The notes: a model not told the origin generated them from the letters alone. Positions 28,087-39,552 are shown, counted from the first letter of the stretch. The stretch is DNA of 64,000 nt from Burkholderiales bacterium (GCA_038205245.1 JBBRCD010000001.1:58882-122881); one strand, 5' to 3'. Numbers and translations are program-made.

Positions 28087-31000
28087 AAGCGAATCCCCAT
28101 TTCCCATAGCCACCACTGGACGGCCCGAACGGGATCTGCCCGTCAGCGCCGGCATAGCCCGTCATTGGAATCGCGCGAGGACCAGCAGAACCGACTGTAG
28201 TCGTGAATCCTCCCGAGAGCTGACCGCCAAGTCCGACACCAAGCGCGCCGATGCCGGCTTGACCAAATACGCCCGAGCTTGATTGTCCGGTAGGAAGACA
28301 TTGGGCGTCGCCGGCACCAGGACGCACACCGAGTGGGTCCCATGTAGCCTGAACGCCAAGACCTTTACCGAATCGAATCGAGACACCCGTCACGCGTCCG
28401 TTTCCGGTTAACGGATTGCCTGTTGCATGGACGATAACTCCGAAACCGAGACCGAAGTATCCTTCGATACCAATCGACCAGAGTCCGAACGGGTCGACGC
28501 GCATGAACGGATTTGATTGGGCGTACTTGTAGGTATTGATGCCCCCCGCCAACCCAATCGGATCGGCCTGGATGTACCGTCCCGTGAACCGATCGTAATC
28601 CCGAAAGTAGTTGTAGAACAACTCGGTCTCGACATCGGCGTACTGGCCGGGCATGCGCAGGTTGAAGGTGAAACTGCCCAGCCCCGAGGGGCTGGTGCTC
28701 GGCTGATTCCCGCCGAACGGCTCGTTGAGGTCCCAGCGCCAGCGCGCCTGGTTCATCACATTGACCATCAGCCGCGGGGTGCCGATCTGGTCCGGGTAGA
28801 TGTAGTAGATCTCGCTCGCACCTGCCGCCCCGCGCAGACTGGCCACCGGCAGGTCACCCAGCCAGACGATCTCCTGGATTGCGCTGCCGGCCAAATCGTA
28901 CTCCCCCAGCAGCCGGCCGGCCTCGTCGTAGATGAAGTAGGTGGCCGGATTGGCCGGCCCGCCCACCCGCTTGCTCACCCGCTCGCCGCGTGCGTTGTAG
29001 CCCGAGAAGACCACCTTCGAGGTGGGCGAGCCCGGCGTCACGGTCACCACCGCCAGTCGCCCGCGCGCGTCGTAGTCGTAGGCGCTGATGCCGTCGCTCA
29101 CCGCCCGCCCGGAGGCATCGTACCCGTACAGGCGCAAGGTCGAGGTCCCGCTCGCACTGTTCACTCGCTGCAGCCGATTGCTCGTAGCCTCGTACACGTA
29201 AGGTTCATTGGAGCGCGAGAGCCGGTTGCCATTCAGATCGTAGGTGTAGCTGCGGGTCGCGCCGGCAATGAAGCTCGTCAGTCGGTCGTTCGCGTCATAC
29301 CCCACCGGGATCGTCTGGCCGGGTAGCGACAGCGCAACGATGCGCGACGCCGCATCGTACGTCAGTGCCCGGGTCTGCGCACCCAGCGTGTAGCCGGTGA
29401 TGCGTCCATCCAGATCGCGCGGCCGTGCCGCCCGCGGCGTACCGCTGGCCGCCGAGAGGTCCCACCCGGTCACCTCGCCGAAGGGGTGATAGCTCACCTG
29501 GCCGATCAGCGGTGCGGTCCCGAGCGTCATCGAGGCGACGCGTCCGTTCGCATCCAGCGCAAACCCGATCTGGCGCCCGGACGGGTAGGTCAACCGATCG
29601 AGTCGACCATACGCATCGTATCGGTACTGGACGGTCAGCGCGATCGGGCCTGTGACCTGCGTCTTTGCGATGACGCGCCCACGGGCGTCGTACTGGAAGG
29701 CGGTGCCGCCACCAGGATCGGTGAAGGCGGTGAGCCGCCCGGCGCCGTACTGGCCCTGATCCCAGCTGAAGTCCTGCGTGATCGTCGCCTGTCCGCTCTG
29801 AGCATGCACCGAGCGCGTCACCCGGCCCAGCGCATCGCGGGTGTAGGTGGTCACACGTCCGGCTGCGTCGGTCTCGGTGGCGACACTGCCGGCGCTATCG
29901 AACGTGCGCGTGGTCGTGCCTCGGTCGCGCGAGACCTCCTGCGTCTCGTTGCCCAGCGCGTCGACCGTGTAGGCGGTCGGAATCGACCTGGGGTCGGTGA
30001 CCTGCGCCGTCTGGTCCAGCGCGTTGTACAGCACGCTCACCTGACCACCGTCCGGGGCGGTGGTTCGGGTGAGGCGGTTGAGCGCATCGTGGAGCCGGCT
30101 GGTCACATCGGCCAGGCCGGCCAGCGGGCCGTCGACCGTCGTGAGGTTGCCCTGGTTGTCGTAGCCGAATGCGCTCGTCTGCCCGGCCGCCCCGATCTCC
30201 TGCGCGAGGCGGTTGAGCGCGCTGTAGACGCGCGTGCGCGACTGGCGCAGGGCGCCGCCCGCATCGCGCACCTGCTCGGCGGTGCGGTTGCCCATTGCGT
30301 CCAGCGTGTAGTCAATCCGGTTGCCCACACCGTCTTCGATACCGATCAGCCGTTGCGCACCATCGTAGCCGTAGTCGATACGGCTGCCGTCGGGCTGCGT
30401 CACCCGTGTCAGCAGCCCCGCGGCGTCGTACGCGTAGGCGAGGGTCTCGCCGGCTATGGTCATCGAGGTCAGGCGCTGCCGGGCGTCAAAGGCGAGCGTG
30501 GTCGACACACCGTTCTCGTCGGTGATCGTGCGTGCGTTGCCGTGGGCATCGTGGTTACTGTAGGTGGTAGTCAGCGACGACGAGCCATTCACCTGGCGTG
30601 ATACCGACAGCAGATTGCCGTTGACCGGGTCGAAGGTCGTCGTAATGACGTCCTGCACATCGTTACGTGGGCCGTCTTCAACACTCTGCTCGATCAGTCC
30701 GGGGACTGCGCTTGAATAGGTGTGCGTCCAGGTCCATGTGCGCGTCCAGCCGCTGGCGACATCCTTCACCGCGCGCGACACCAGGTTGCCGCGTGTGTCG
30801 TAGGCCATCGAGGTTTCGCGCAGCGCCGTGCCGGTGTTGTTCTGCTCGGTCAGCTTGGTCGGCAGTCGGAAGCTCGTGTGCCACTCGGTCTGGATCGTGC
30901 GGCTCTCCGGGCGCACGGTGCCATTACCGTCCAGGCCTTCGGTGCGGCTCGTCTCCAGATTCCGCGCCAAGTCGTACCCGTACGTCGTCCTGAAACCGTT

Positions 31001-32540
31001 CCAGTCCGTCGTGCCAGACACGTTACCGTTGACGTCAAAGCTGCGCGCTGCGGGACCGCAAGCGGGACAAGGCGCAGAGTGGATCGAAGTGTTATACAGC
31101 GCATTGGCGATCGTGGTGAAACTGTAGGTACGCACCACCCCCAGTGGATCAGTCACCGTGCGATTAGCGGTATTCGGGAAGCTGACTTGGTACCGATTGA
31201 CCGATCCAGAGAGCTCGGTCGAAACAGCCCTGCCCGTGGCATCGTATCGATAGGTCGCAAAGCGAACGCCCCGCTCGTCGGTGATTCCGGTCAGGGCATT
31301 GGGGAGGTTGGCTCCCGCAGTATTGGCGGACTCGTTGTAGTGGTAGGTACGGAACGTCGCATCCGGATAAGTCACGCGGGACAGTCGCCCAGAAGAATCG
31401 TACGCATATTCGGTGATTTGGCCGGCCGGATCGGTCATTCGCGCAATGCCTCGGGCATCCCGGGCGTGGGTGAACGACAATGTGCGTCCCAATGAATCGG
31501 TCGCCGCAATCAACAACCCAGGGAAAGGCGCAACGGACGTCGGCGTGGACGTTGTGCTGTAGCTCAGGACAATCGAGGCGCCGCTACGCGAAGAGATGGA
31601 CAGGAGTTTTCCTGCAGCGTCGTAGCGTTCGACGTCCTCACTTGAGGCCACCGTGTACCGCCAACCAGAGAACACACCGCCTGTATCGACCACCCCGTTC
31701 CAGGGCATCGGATATGTCAGAATCGGGCAGGAACGTGCCTCCGACCAGCGTGAACACCAGCATCTTTCCATCTTCGCGATACGCGAAAGCCTTGCCCGAC
31801 GGGGGCGCCTCAGCGATCGACCGTGAGAAAGTATGCCGCCACTGGGGACCGATGTCCGAAGCCATTGGCGACTCGGTCGAGTTGTAGCGCCTCTCGAACC
31901 ACATGGCAAACTGCCCTTGCCCGCGATAGTCCGTTTGCCGAAGGAACTTGTTGCCGTTGCTACAATCGATTGGACAGCCTACGTGGCGACTTGCTCTTGC
32001 GTCGGGCTCTCCAAGCGTTTTCGGATTCCGATCCGGGGAAGGATCGGACGCGACGCGGCAGAACAGTCTCTCCTCATTCCCTGCCACGTACCACTGTGGC
32101 ATGCCGACTGAGACTTGGCGGTAACCAATCGAATCCATCGTGTAGGTGCACGACAAACCTTTAAGCAACTGTCCACTGAAGCCAGCGTGGCCGGGCTGAC
32201 CCGCAGGAGTACCGTTGTCTGCCCAACACGTTCCAATGACGGTGAATCGAATTATGGACGGGGCCGACCCGTAGCCTTCTGAGCTGCTAAACCAATTGAA
32301 CCATCGGTAGCCAGTGTTGGTTGTCAAGCGGGTACCCCAGATATTGACCGCTTCGCCGGGCGTTCGCCATTCAGGGCCTGAACCAACGAGTCCTCCAACG
32401 CAGCCATAGATCGTTACGGGCGGAACGTCGTATGCAGACCGGGCAATCGACGGCCACACGCCCGAAGCGACTAGCACGAACAACAGGAGGGCTCGCCATA
32501 CCTGGGGAACAATGGAGGGACTAACGATCGCTTGACGCAA
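28055..32540 (-). pseudogene. rhs: Rhs/YD-repeat toxin, split into two ORFs by a 1-nt frameshift in a G-run (about 31693-31697)
   Basis: The N-terminal ORF (32540-31638) carries 'CSNGNKFLRQTDY...RRYNS...GPQWRHTFS'. The second ORF (31909-28055) carries many YD repeats ('YGYDGAQRL', 'YRYDAYGRL', 'YDYDARGRL') and the core-ending 'DPIGLAGGINTYKYAQSNPFMRVDPFGL'. TTG start with GAGGA upstream. The break may be a sequencing error rather than a true pseudogene. Confidence 0.8.
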
Positions 32541-32659
32541 AGAGGTCCTCGTGGAAAACGCGCTGTCTCGTTACTACCCGCTGAGGATGGGCGAACTTTA
32601 TTGCGCCCTCTCGACTGGACTGATGGCGGCTTGATGAACTCTGCTACCTACCTGACCAT

Positions 32660-32910
32660 TGCGGTGATCCGGCCGGGCTCTACGCCCCGGCCCTGATTGA
32701 TGCCATAGCGCTGCGGCGGCGCTATTCATTGAAGGGTGACGTTCCAGACCGGGAAAAGGCGGCGATCACCGTGCCCACCGACTATCGCAATGACGCGCTC
32801 GGGGGATCAGTCTGGAGACGCCGGCGAGTCGGGCAGCGATGCTGGCGGCACCCGCGGTTCAATCCGTGGCGATCGAACCGGATGAGCCCGCCACTGCGGG
32901 CTGATCCGCA
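32660..32910 (+). pseudogene. Displaced 3' fragment of ylqF (frameshifted)
   Basis: It encodes 'DPAGLYAPALIDAIALRRRYSLKGDVPDREKAAITVPTDYRNDALGG', then loses frame through a 1-nt deletion relative to 26671-26915. Confidence 0.7.
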
Positions 32911-32914
32911 CGTG

Positions 32915-33000
32915 GGACCGCCTCGATGCAGAACTCCAGAGCAGCGCGCAGGGCGCCTTGCTCGGGATGCTGCTGCAGAAATCTGTCGCTACACGTCGAT
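32915..33000 (-). pseudogene. Uma2 endonuclease remnant (internal and C-terminal deletions)
   Basis: The minus strand encodes 'DRFLQQHPEQGALRAALEFCIEAV', compared with the intact 'DVFLQQHPEQVALRAAPEICIEVV'. Confidence 0.6.
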
Positions 33001-33319
33001 AGCCGGTCCAGGTGAACAGGATGGAGCCAGATCACGGCGCATGCGCGCACAGGAACCAGCGCGAGACGGCAATACCTGCTGCCCTGGTGTAAGTCGCTGA
33101 GCGCGTCGTTGGGCGGACTCTTCTGGGAGTTGAAGCGCACAAACACTTGGATACAACTGCGCATGATCCGGAAATCACCCGCTTACATCTGTGCGCTCCA
33201 ATAGGGACGTCGCGGATGCGGCATGTCCAATCCCGTGTGGATCGGACAGTCGGCAATGCTTCCCGGGCTCCCCAGCCAGACGCCCAGGTAGTCCCCCACC
33301 CATCAAACGGAGAACAACC

Positions 33320-33736
33320 ATGAGATCAGCCGTACTGTCGATGCTGGCCAGCGCAAGCCTGGGCCTGGCGCTTTCCTCCAACCCGGTGATCGCGCAGCCA
33401 ATGACGGCTGCCGATTCCGAAGTACCGACCTCAACCAGCGCGCCCCAGCCGCGACGCGGCGATGCGGGCCTGCGCTCGCGAGGTCACGGTGCGGCCTCGG
33501 GTGACCGAGAGGCCAGACGCAAGGTCATGGAACAGCTGACCACACCTGAAGAGCGCAGCGCGATGCGCGAGAAGATGCAGAACGCCTCACCGGAACAACG
33601 CAAGGAACTCGCGAACGGATTTCGCGCCGGCATGCAGGCCCGAGCCAAGGAACGTGGCATCGCGCTGCCCGCAGGCGATCAGCATCGGCACCAGCATCGG
33701 CAACACCGGGGCAACCCGGCTGCGCCGCCTGCCTGA
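33320..33736 (+). CDS. Small secreted charged protein, hypothetical
   Basis: Signal peptide 'MRSAVLSMLASASLGLALSSNPVIAQP' with GGAGA upstream. It has a helical Lys/Arg/Glu-rich body and a His-rich tail 'HRHQHRQHR'. Confidence 0.5.
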   Translation: MRSAVLSMLASASLGLALSSNPVIAQPMTAADSEVPTSTSAPQPRRGDAGLRSRGHGAASGDREARRKVMEQLTTPEERSAMREKMQNASPEQRKELANGFRAGMQARAKERGIALPAGDQHRHQHRQHRGNPAAPPA

Positions 33737-33767
33737 GTGCAACGCGCCGCAGCTTCTCAAAGAACTG

Positions 33768-36700
33768 TCAGGCCGCCTTCACCAGATTCGGCTCGTAGCC
33801 CAGATTGGGTGCGAGCCAGCGCTCGGCCAGTTCCAGCGGCATGCCCTTGCGTTTCGCGTAGTCCTCGACCTGATCCCGGTTGACCTTGCCGACTGCGAAG
33901 TACTGCGCATCCGGATGCGACAGGTAGAAGCCGCATACCGATGAGGCCGGCATCATCGCGTGGCTCTCGGTCAGGGTGATCCCCACATCGGGCGCACTGA
34001 GCATGGAGAACAATGCCGGCTTCTCGGTGTGATCCGGACACGCCGGGTAACCCGGCGCGGGGCGGATGCCGCGGTACTGCTCGGCGATCAGCTGCGCGCT
34101 GTCCAGCGCCTCGGCGCGCGCATAGCCCCAGAAGTCCGTGCGCACACGTTTGTGCAGCATCTCGGTGAATGCTTCGGCCATCCGGTCGGCCATCGCCTTG
34201 AGCATGATTGCGCTGTAGTCGTCGCCCTTGCTCTCGAACGCCTCCAGCCGCTTCTCCATGTTCAGGCCGGCGGTGACGGCAAAGGCGCCGATGTAGTCGG
34301 CAATGCCGGTGTCCCTGGGCGCGATGAAGTCCGACAGGCACTGATTCGCCCGGCCCTCGGGTTTCTGGTTCTGTTGGCGCAGGTTGTGCCAGGTCATCAG
34401 CACCTTGTCCCGCTTCTCGTTCTCGTAGATCTCGATGTCGTCGCCGACCGAGTTCGCTGGATACAGCGCGAACACCGCATTGGCGGTCAGCCAGCGGCCC
34501 TCGATCAGCTTCTTCAGCATCGCCTGTCCATCGCCGAACACGTTGCGTGCAGCTTCGCCGACCAGCGCATCCTCCAGGATCTTCGGGTACGGGCCGGCAA
34601 GGTCCCAGGTCTGGAAGAACGGGCTCCAGTCGATGTACTGGGCGATCTCGGCCAGATCGTAGTTCTTCAACTGGCGGATTCCGGTGAACGCCGGTTTTGG
34701 CGGCACATAGGCTGGCCAGTCGAAGCGCTGCAGGTTCGTACGCGCGCGCGCCAGCGGGATCAGATCCGGGCCGCGCTTGCTTGCGTGCTGCTCGCGCACC
34801 TTGTCGTAGTCCCGCGCCAGCTCGTCCAGGTACTTTCGGCGCACCGTCTCGTCTTCGGAGAGCAGGTTGGTGCACACCGACACGCTGCGCGACGCGTCAG
34901 GCACCCAGACCGTCGGACCGCGGGTGTAACCGGGCGAAATCTTCACCGCGGTATGGGTGCGCGACGTGGTCGCGCCGCCGATCAGCAGGGGCATGGTGAA
35001 GCCCTGGCGCTCCATCTCGCGCGCGACATGCGACATCTCTTCCAGCGACGGGGTGATCAGCCCGGACAGCCCGATGATGTCCGCTTTCTCTTCGCGTGCC
35101 TTGTCGAGAATCTGCTGGGCGGGAACCATCACGCCCATGTTCACCACTTCGTAGTTGTTGCACTGGAGCACCACCGACACGATGTTCTTGCCGATGTCGT
35201 GCACATCGCCTTTCACGGTGGCGATGACGATCTTGCCCTTGGCCTTGACCTCGCCTGACAGCGCTTTCTCCGCCTCGATGAACGGCACCAGGTGGGACAC
35301 CGCCTGCTTCATCACCCGCGCCGACTTGACCACCTGCGGCAGGAACATCTTGCCCGCCCCGAACAGGTCGCCAACGACGTTCATGCCGTTCATCAGCGGA
35401 CCTTCGATGACCTCGATCGGACGCCCGCCGCGCGCCTCGATCTGCGCGCGTGCCTCTTCAGTGTCCTCGACGATCCATTGGGTGATGCCATGCACCATGG
35501 CGTGCGACAGACGCGCACCGACGTCCTGCTCGCGCCACTCCAGGCTCTGCTCCTGCTTCGCACCGCCGGCCTTGAGCGTGCCGGCGATTTCGATCATCCG
35601 CTCGGTGGAATCCGGCCGCCGGTTGAGCACGACATCTTCGACCCGCTCGCGCAACTCGGGTGCAAGATCGTCATAGACGCCGACCATGCCGGCGTTGACG
35701 ATACCCATGGTCATGCCGGCGCGGATCGCGTGATACAGGAACACCGTGTGGATCGCCTCGCGCGCCGGGTCGTTGCCCCGGAAGCTGAAGCTCACGTTGG
35801 ACACCCCGCCGCTCACCTTGGCATAGGGCAGATGGTCGCGGATCCACCGCGTCGCGTTGATGAAGTCGACGCCGTAGTTGTTGTGCTCCTCGATGCCGGT
35901 GGCGATGGCGAAGACGTTCGGGTCGAACACGATGTCTTCCGGCGGAAAACCGACTTGGTCGACCAGCAGCCGATACGCGCGCGCGCAGATCTCGATCTTG
36001 CGTTCGTAGGTGTCGGCCTGACCCTTTTCGTCGAACGCCATCACGATCACCGCCGCACCATAGCGACGACACAGCCCGGCCTGGCGCACGAACTCGGCCT
36101 CGCCCTCCTTCATGCTGATCGAGTTGACGATCGCCTTGCCCTGCACGCACTTCAGACCGGCCTCGATCACGTCCCACTTGGACGAATCGATCATGATCGG
36201 CACCCGCGAGATGTCCGGCTCGGAGGCGACCAGATTCAGGAAGCGGACCATGGCCGCCTTCGAATCGAGCATCGCCTCGTCCATGTTGATGTCGATCACC
36301 TGGGCGCCGTTCTCGACCTGCTGGCGGGCGACGGCCAGCGCATCGTCGAACTGCTCGTTCAGGATCATCCGCGCGAACGCTTTCGATCCAGTGACGTTGG
36401 TGCGCTCGCCGACGTTGACGAACAGCGAATCGCCATCGACGTTGAACGCCTCCAGGCCGGAGAGCCGCAGCTTGTGATCCGGGGCAGGAATCGCGCGCGG
36501 GGGCAGGCCGCGAATCTCGTCCGCGATCGCGCGAATATGGTCCGGCGTGGTACCGCAGCAGCCACCGGCAATGTTGACGAAGCCGCTCTGGGCGAACTCC
36601 TTCACCAGCGACGAGGTGATCTCTGGCGTCTCGTCGAACCCGGTGTCGCTCATCGGATTGGGCAGGCCGGCGTTCGGATAGATGCAGATGCTGGTGTCGC

Positions 36701-37499
36701 ACAGCTTCGAAAGCTCCGCGACATAGGGGCGCATCAGGGTGGCACCGAGCGCACAGTTCAGGCCGATGGTGATCGGCTGCGCATGGCGCACCGAGTTCCA
36801 GAACGCCTCGACCGTCTGCCCGGACAGGATGCGCCCCGAGGCATCGGTCACCGTGCCCGAGATCATCACCGGCAGACGCACGCCGCTTTCCTCGAAGAAG
36901 GCGTCGATGGCGAACAGTGCAGCCTTGGCATTCAGCGTATCGAATATGGTCTCGACCAGGAACAGATCGACTCCGCCCTCGACCAGCGCCCGCGCCTGCT
37001 CGAGGTAGGCCGATACCAGTTCGTCGAAGGTCACGTTGCGCGCACCCGGATCATTCACGTCTGGCGAGATCGACGCGGTCTTGGGGGTGGGCCCGAATGC
37101 GCCGGCGGCAAAACGCGGCTGTTCCGGCGTCGAATACTTCGCGCAGGCGGCCCTGGCCAGACGCGCCGCCTCGACGTTCATCTCGTAGGCGAGATCCTCC
37201 ATGTGATAGTCGGCCTGGGCGACCCGGGTCGCCCCGAAGGTGTTGGTCTCGATCAGGTCGGCGCCGGCAGCCAGGTACTGCTCATGGATTTCCTGGATGA
37301 CCTGCGGCTGGGTCAGCACCAGCAACTCGTTGTTGCCCTTCACGTCATGGCCGAACCCGGCGAACCGGGCGCCGCGATACTCGGCCTCGCCCAGCCGGTA
37401 GCGCTGGATCATCGTGCCCATCGCGCCATCGAGGATCAGGATACGGTGGGCGAGCTGGTCGCGAAGCGTGGCGAAAATTGGGGCATCGATGACTGGCAT
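33768..37499 (-). CDS. metH: Cobalamin-dependent methionine synthase
   Basis: 1243 aa from the ATG at 37499, with Hcy-binding, pterin-binding, B12 ('[11 protein letters not shown]', DxHxxG) and AdoMet-activation domains. The longer track ORF is an artefactual 5' extension. Confidence 0.95.
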   Translation of the reverse strand: MPVIDAPIFATLRDQLAHRILILDGAMGTMIQRYRLGEAEYRGARFAGFGHDVKGNNELLVLTQPQVIQEIHEQYLAAGADLIETNTFGATRVAQADYHMEDLAYEMNVEAARLARAACAKYSTPEQPRFAAGAFGPTPKTASISPDVNDPGARNVTFDELVSAYLEQARALVEGGVDLFLVETIFDTLNAKAALFAIDAFFEESGVRLPVMISGTVTDASGRILSGQTVEAFWNSVRHAQPITIGLNCALGATLMRPYVAELSKLCDTSICIYPNAGLPNPMSDTGFDETPEITSSLVKEFAQSGFVNIAGGCCGTTPDHIRAIADEIRGLPPRAIPAPDHKLRLSGLEAFNVDGDSLFVNVGERTNVTGSKAFARMILNEQFDDALAVARQQVENGAQVIDINMDEAMLDSKAAMVRFLNLVASEPDISRVPIMIDSSKWDVIEAGLKCVQGKAIVNSISMKEGEAEFVRQAGLCRRYGAAVIVMAFDEKGQADTYERKIEICARAYRLLVDQVGFPPEDIVFDPNVFAIATGIEEHNNYGVDFINATRWIRDHLPYAKVSGGVSNVSFSFRGNDPAREAIHTVFLYHAIRAGMTMGIVNAGMVGVYDDLAPELRERVEDVVLNRRPDSTERMIEIAGTLKAGGAKQEQSLEWREQDVGARLSHAMVHGITQWIVEDTEEARAQIEARGGRPIEVIEGPLMNGMNVVGDLFGAGKMFLPQVVKSARVMKQAVSHLVPFIEAEKALSGEVKAKGKIVIATVKGDVHDIGKNIVSVVLQCNNYEVVNMGVMVPAQQILDKAREEKADIIGLSGLITPSLEEMSHVAREMERQGFTMPLLIGGATTSRTHTAVKISPGYTRGPTVWVPDASRSVSVCTNLLSEDETVRRKYLDELARDYDKVREQHASKRGPDLIPLARARTNLQRFDWPAYVPPKPAFTGIRQLKNYDLAEIAQYIDWSPFFQTWDLAGPYPKILEDALVGEAARNVFGDGQAMLKKLIEGRWLTANAVFALYPANSVGDDIEIYENEKRDKVLMTWHNLRQQNQKPEGRANQCLSDFIAPRDTGIADYIGAFAVTAGLNMEKRLEAFESKGDDYSAIMLKAMADRMAEAFTEMLHKRVRTDFWGYARAEALDSAQLIAEQYRGIRPAPGYPACPDHTEKPALFSMLSAPDVGITLTESHAMMPASSVCGFYLSHPDAQYFAVGKVNRDQVEDYAKRKGMPLELAERWLAPNLGYEPNLVKAA

Positions 37500-37597
37500 G
37501 GCGCGAAATCCGGTCGGAGCAGGGACAGCCGATGATCCTAGCATGCAGGCCACTGCGAAGAGGTTGCATTTGTCCTGCCGGGCCACTGCGGTAAAAG

Positions 37598-38905
37598 TCA
37601 CGCCCGGGGGTCGGCGCCATCGGCCCCGGCCAGGCCATCGGCGGCGCTCCGGCCTCGCGCCAGGAGCCGCATGTAGTTCAGCCAGCAGACCGCGCCCAGC
37701 GTCAGGAACACTGCCGCGGCGATCGCCAGCGACAACTGGGTGGAGGACACCAAGGGCGAGATCACCCCGGCCAACACTGCATTCATCATCGACTGGGTGA
37801 AGCCCTGTACCGAGGCGACCAGCCCGCGGTTGCGCGGGAACAGATCCAGGGCCAGCAGGGTGATGCTCGGCATCGACAGGGCCATGCCGATCGAGTAGAC
37901 CATCAGGGGCAGCACCGTCCACGGCAGGCCGGGCGGAAACAGCCAGTGGTAGACGATGCTCGCCATCGCTGCGAGCGCCATGATCGCGAATCCGATACCC
38001 ACGGTGCGCTCGGGCGTGGTGCGCCCGGCCATGCGCCCGGAGAGCCAGGCTCCGATCACCACCCCACCGATTCCGGGCACGAACAGCCACGCAAACTGCG
38101 ACTCGGAGAGTCCGAGGTGCTGATAGACGACGATCGGCGCCGAGACGATGTAGATGAAGAAGCCGGCGAAGTTGAACGACACCGCCAACGCCAGCATGGC
38201 GAAGCGCGAACTGCCGCAGACCTTGAGGTAGTTGGCGAACAGCGGCGCCGGATGAAACGGCTGACGGTCGGCCGGCGACAAGGTTTCCGGCAGCCGCCAG
38301 GCGCAGCCTGCCCAGAGCAGCATCCCGAACACGGCCAGAAAGACGAAGATCGATTTCCAGCCGAACGCCAGATGCAGCATGCCGCCGATCACCGGCGCGA
38401 TCGCCGGGGCGAGGCTGAACAGCATCGTCACCTGCGACATCAGCCGCTGCGCTGGCGCCCCTTCATAGGTGTCACGGATGATCGCGCGACCGACCACCAT
38501 GCCGGCGCCGGCGGACATGCCCTGCAGCGCGCGACAGGCGAGCAGGGTCTCGATGCTCGGTGCGAACACGCAACCGATCGATGCGATGACGAACACCACG
38601 AGGTTGACCAGGATCACCGGCCGCCGACCGAAGGAGTCCGACAGGGCCCCATGGAACAGGGTCATCAACGCGAAACTCGCCAGATAGACCGAAAGCGTCT
38701 GCTGGACGTACAACGCATCTACTGCATAGTCGCGCGCGATCGCCGGAAACGACGGCAGGTAGGTGTCGATCGAGAACGGCCCGATGGTCGCCAGACCGGC
38801 GAGCAGCCAGGCGAGCAGTGGCGTATGGGTGCGTGCGTTCGAGTTGTGCCGGGTCGACGCAATAGTCACTTCATGTGTGCCAGGAGATGACGACCTGGCA
38901 GGCAA
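37598..38905 (-). CDS. Bcr/CflA family MFS drug-efflux transporter
   Basis: '[16 protein letters not shown]...DSFGRRPV' motif and 12 TM segments. Confidence 0.85.
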   Translation of the reverse strand: MPARSSSPGTHEVTIASTRHNSNARTHTPLLAWLLAGLATIGPFSIDTYLPSFPAIARDYAVDALYVQQTLSVYLASFALMTLFHGALSDSFGRRPVILVNLVVFVIASIGCVFAPSIETLLACRALQGMSAGAGMVVGRAIIRDTYEGAPAQRLMSQVTMLFSLAPAIAPVIGGMLHLAFGWKSIFVFLAVFGMLLWAGCAWRLPETLSPADRQPFHPAPLFANYLKVCGSSRFAMLALAVSFNFAGFFIYIVSAPIVVYQHLGLSESQFAWLFVPGIGGVVIGAWLSGRMAGRTTPERTVGIGFAIMALAAMASIVYHWLFPPGLPWTVLPLMVYSIGMALSMPSITLLALDLFPRNRGLVASVQGFTQSMMNAVLAGVISPLVSSTQLSLAIAAAVFLTLGAVCWLNYMRLLARGRSAADGLAGADGADPRA

Positions 38906-38927
38906 AGCGCTGCAGACGGGTCGATGA

Positions 38928-39476
38928 TCAGACCAGCGCTACTGCAGCGACCACATCGACCTCGACCAGGAACTCGGGTTCGATCAGGCTTGCCACCACC
39001 AGCGCAGTGTTGGCCGGTGGCGCGTGCAGGTGGCCGAGACGTGCGATACGCACCTCGCGAAGTGCCTGCCGGTGCGCGAGATCGGTGATGTAGGTCGTGG
39101 TCTTCACGATATCGGCCAGTGTCGCCCCGGCGGTGGCCAGGGCGATCTCGATGTTGTCGAACACCTGGTTCAGCTGGGCGCGGAAATCCTGGCTGCCCAC
39201 CTTGTAGGCCGCATCGGTTGGCGTCTGGCCGGACAGATAGATCATCCGTGCATGGCGCACGTCGACCACTTGAGTGATTCGCGGCGCACGCCATAGCTCG
39301 GGCGAATCGAGATAGCGCACCCGAAACTCCGCAGCCCTCGGGTCGGTGCGCAGGTGCTTGACGATGGCGCTCGCCTCGCGATCAACGGGCTGACCAAGCT
39401 TCGCGGGGCCGTCTGCACGATGCCCTGGCTGTGCCTGCTGCTGCTGGCCGTCGCGCGGTTCGTGATCTGAGGTCAT
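38928..39476 (-). CDS. RidA/YjgF family protein with N-terminal extension
   Basis: The C-terminal 120 aa ('IYLSGQTP...VKTTTYITD...PANTALVVASL...VEVDVVA') are RidA-like. Confidence 0.75.
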   Translation of the reverse strand: MTSDHEPRDGQQQQAQPGHRADGPAKLGQPVDREASAIVKHLRTDPRAAEFRVRYLDSPELWRAPRITQVVDVRHARMIYLSGQTPTDAAYKVGSQDFRAQLNQVFDNIEIALATAGATLADIVKTTTYITDLAHRQALREVRIARLGHLHAPPANTALVVASLIEPEFLVEVDVVAAVALV

Positions 39477-39552
39477 CGTTCTCTGGCAAAGGGAGACAGG
39501 AGAGCACCGAGGCTACCACCGGTCAAGGGCGACCGACGGTTCGGCGCGCCAG

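Larger units (their letters stand above)
32660..33065. repeat. Right, degenerate copy of the ylqF-3'/Uma2 direct repeat
   Basis: See the left copy. It matches 26671-26920, 27114-27187 and about 27505-27575. Confidence 0.75.

Noticed and set aside
28055-32540. Calling the Rhs protein a T6SS effector
   Set aside because: No vgrG, hcp, PAAR or tss genes occur in the 64 kb, and the N-terminus has no recognisable PAAR motif. The delivery route cannot be assigned from this window.
35292-37535. 747-aa plus-strand ORF (and 33960-35258) opposite metH
   Set aside because: metH is unmistakable on the minus strand. These are GC-driven antisense ORFs.
37500-38090. 5' extension of the metH track ORF (1440 aa)
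   Set aside because: The extension overlaps the 3' part of the Bcr/CflA transporter gene in another frame and has no MetH similarity. The conserved MetH N-terminus begins at 'MPVIDAPIF' (ATG at 37499).
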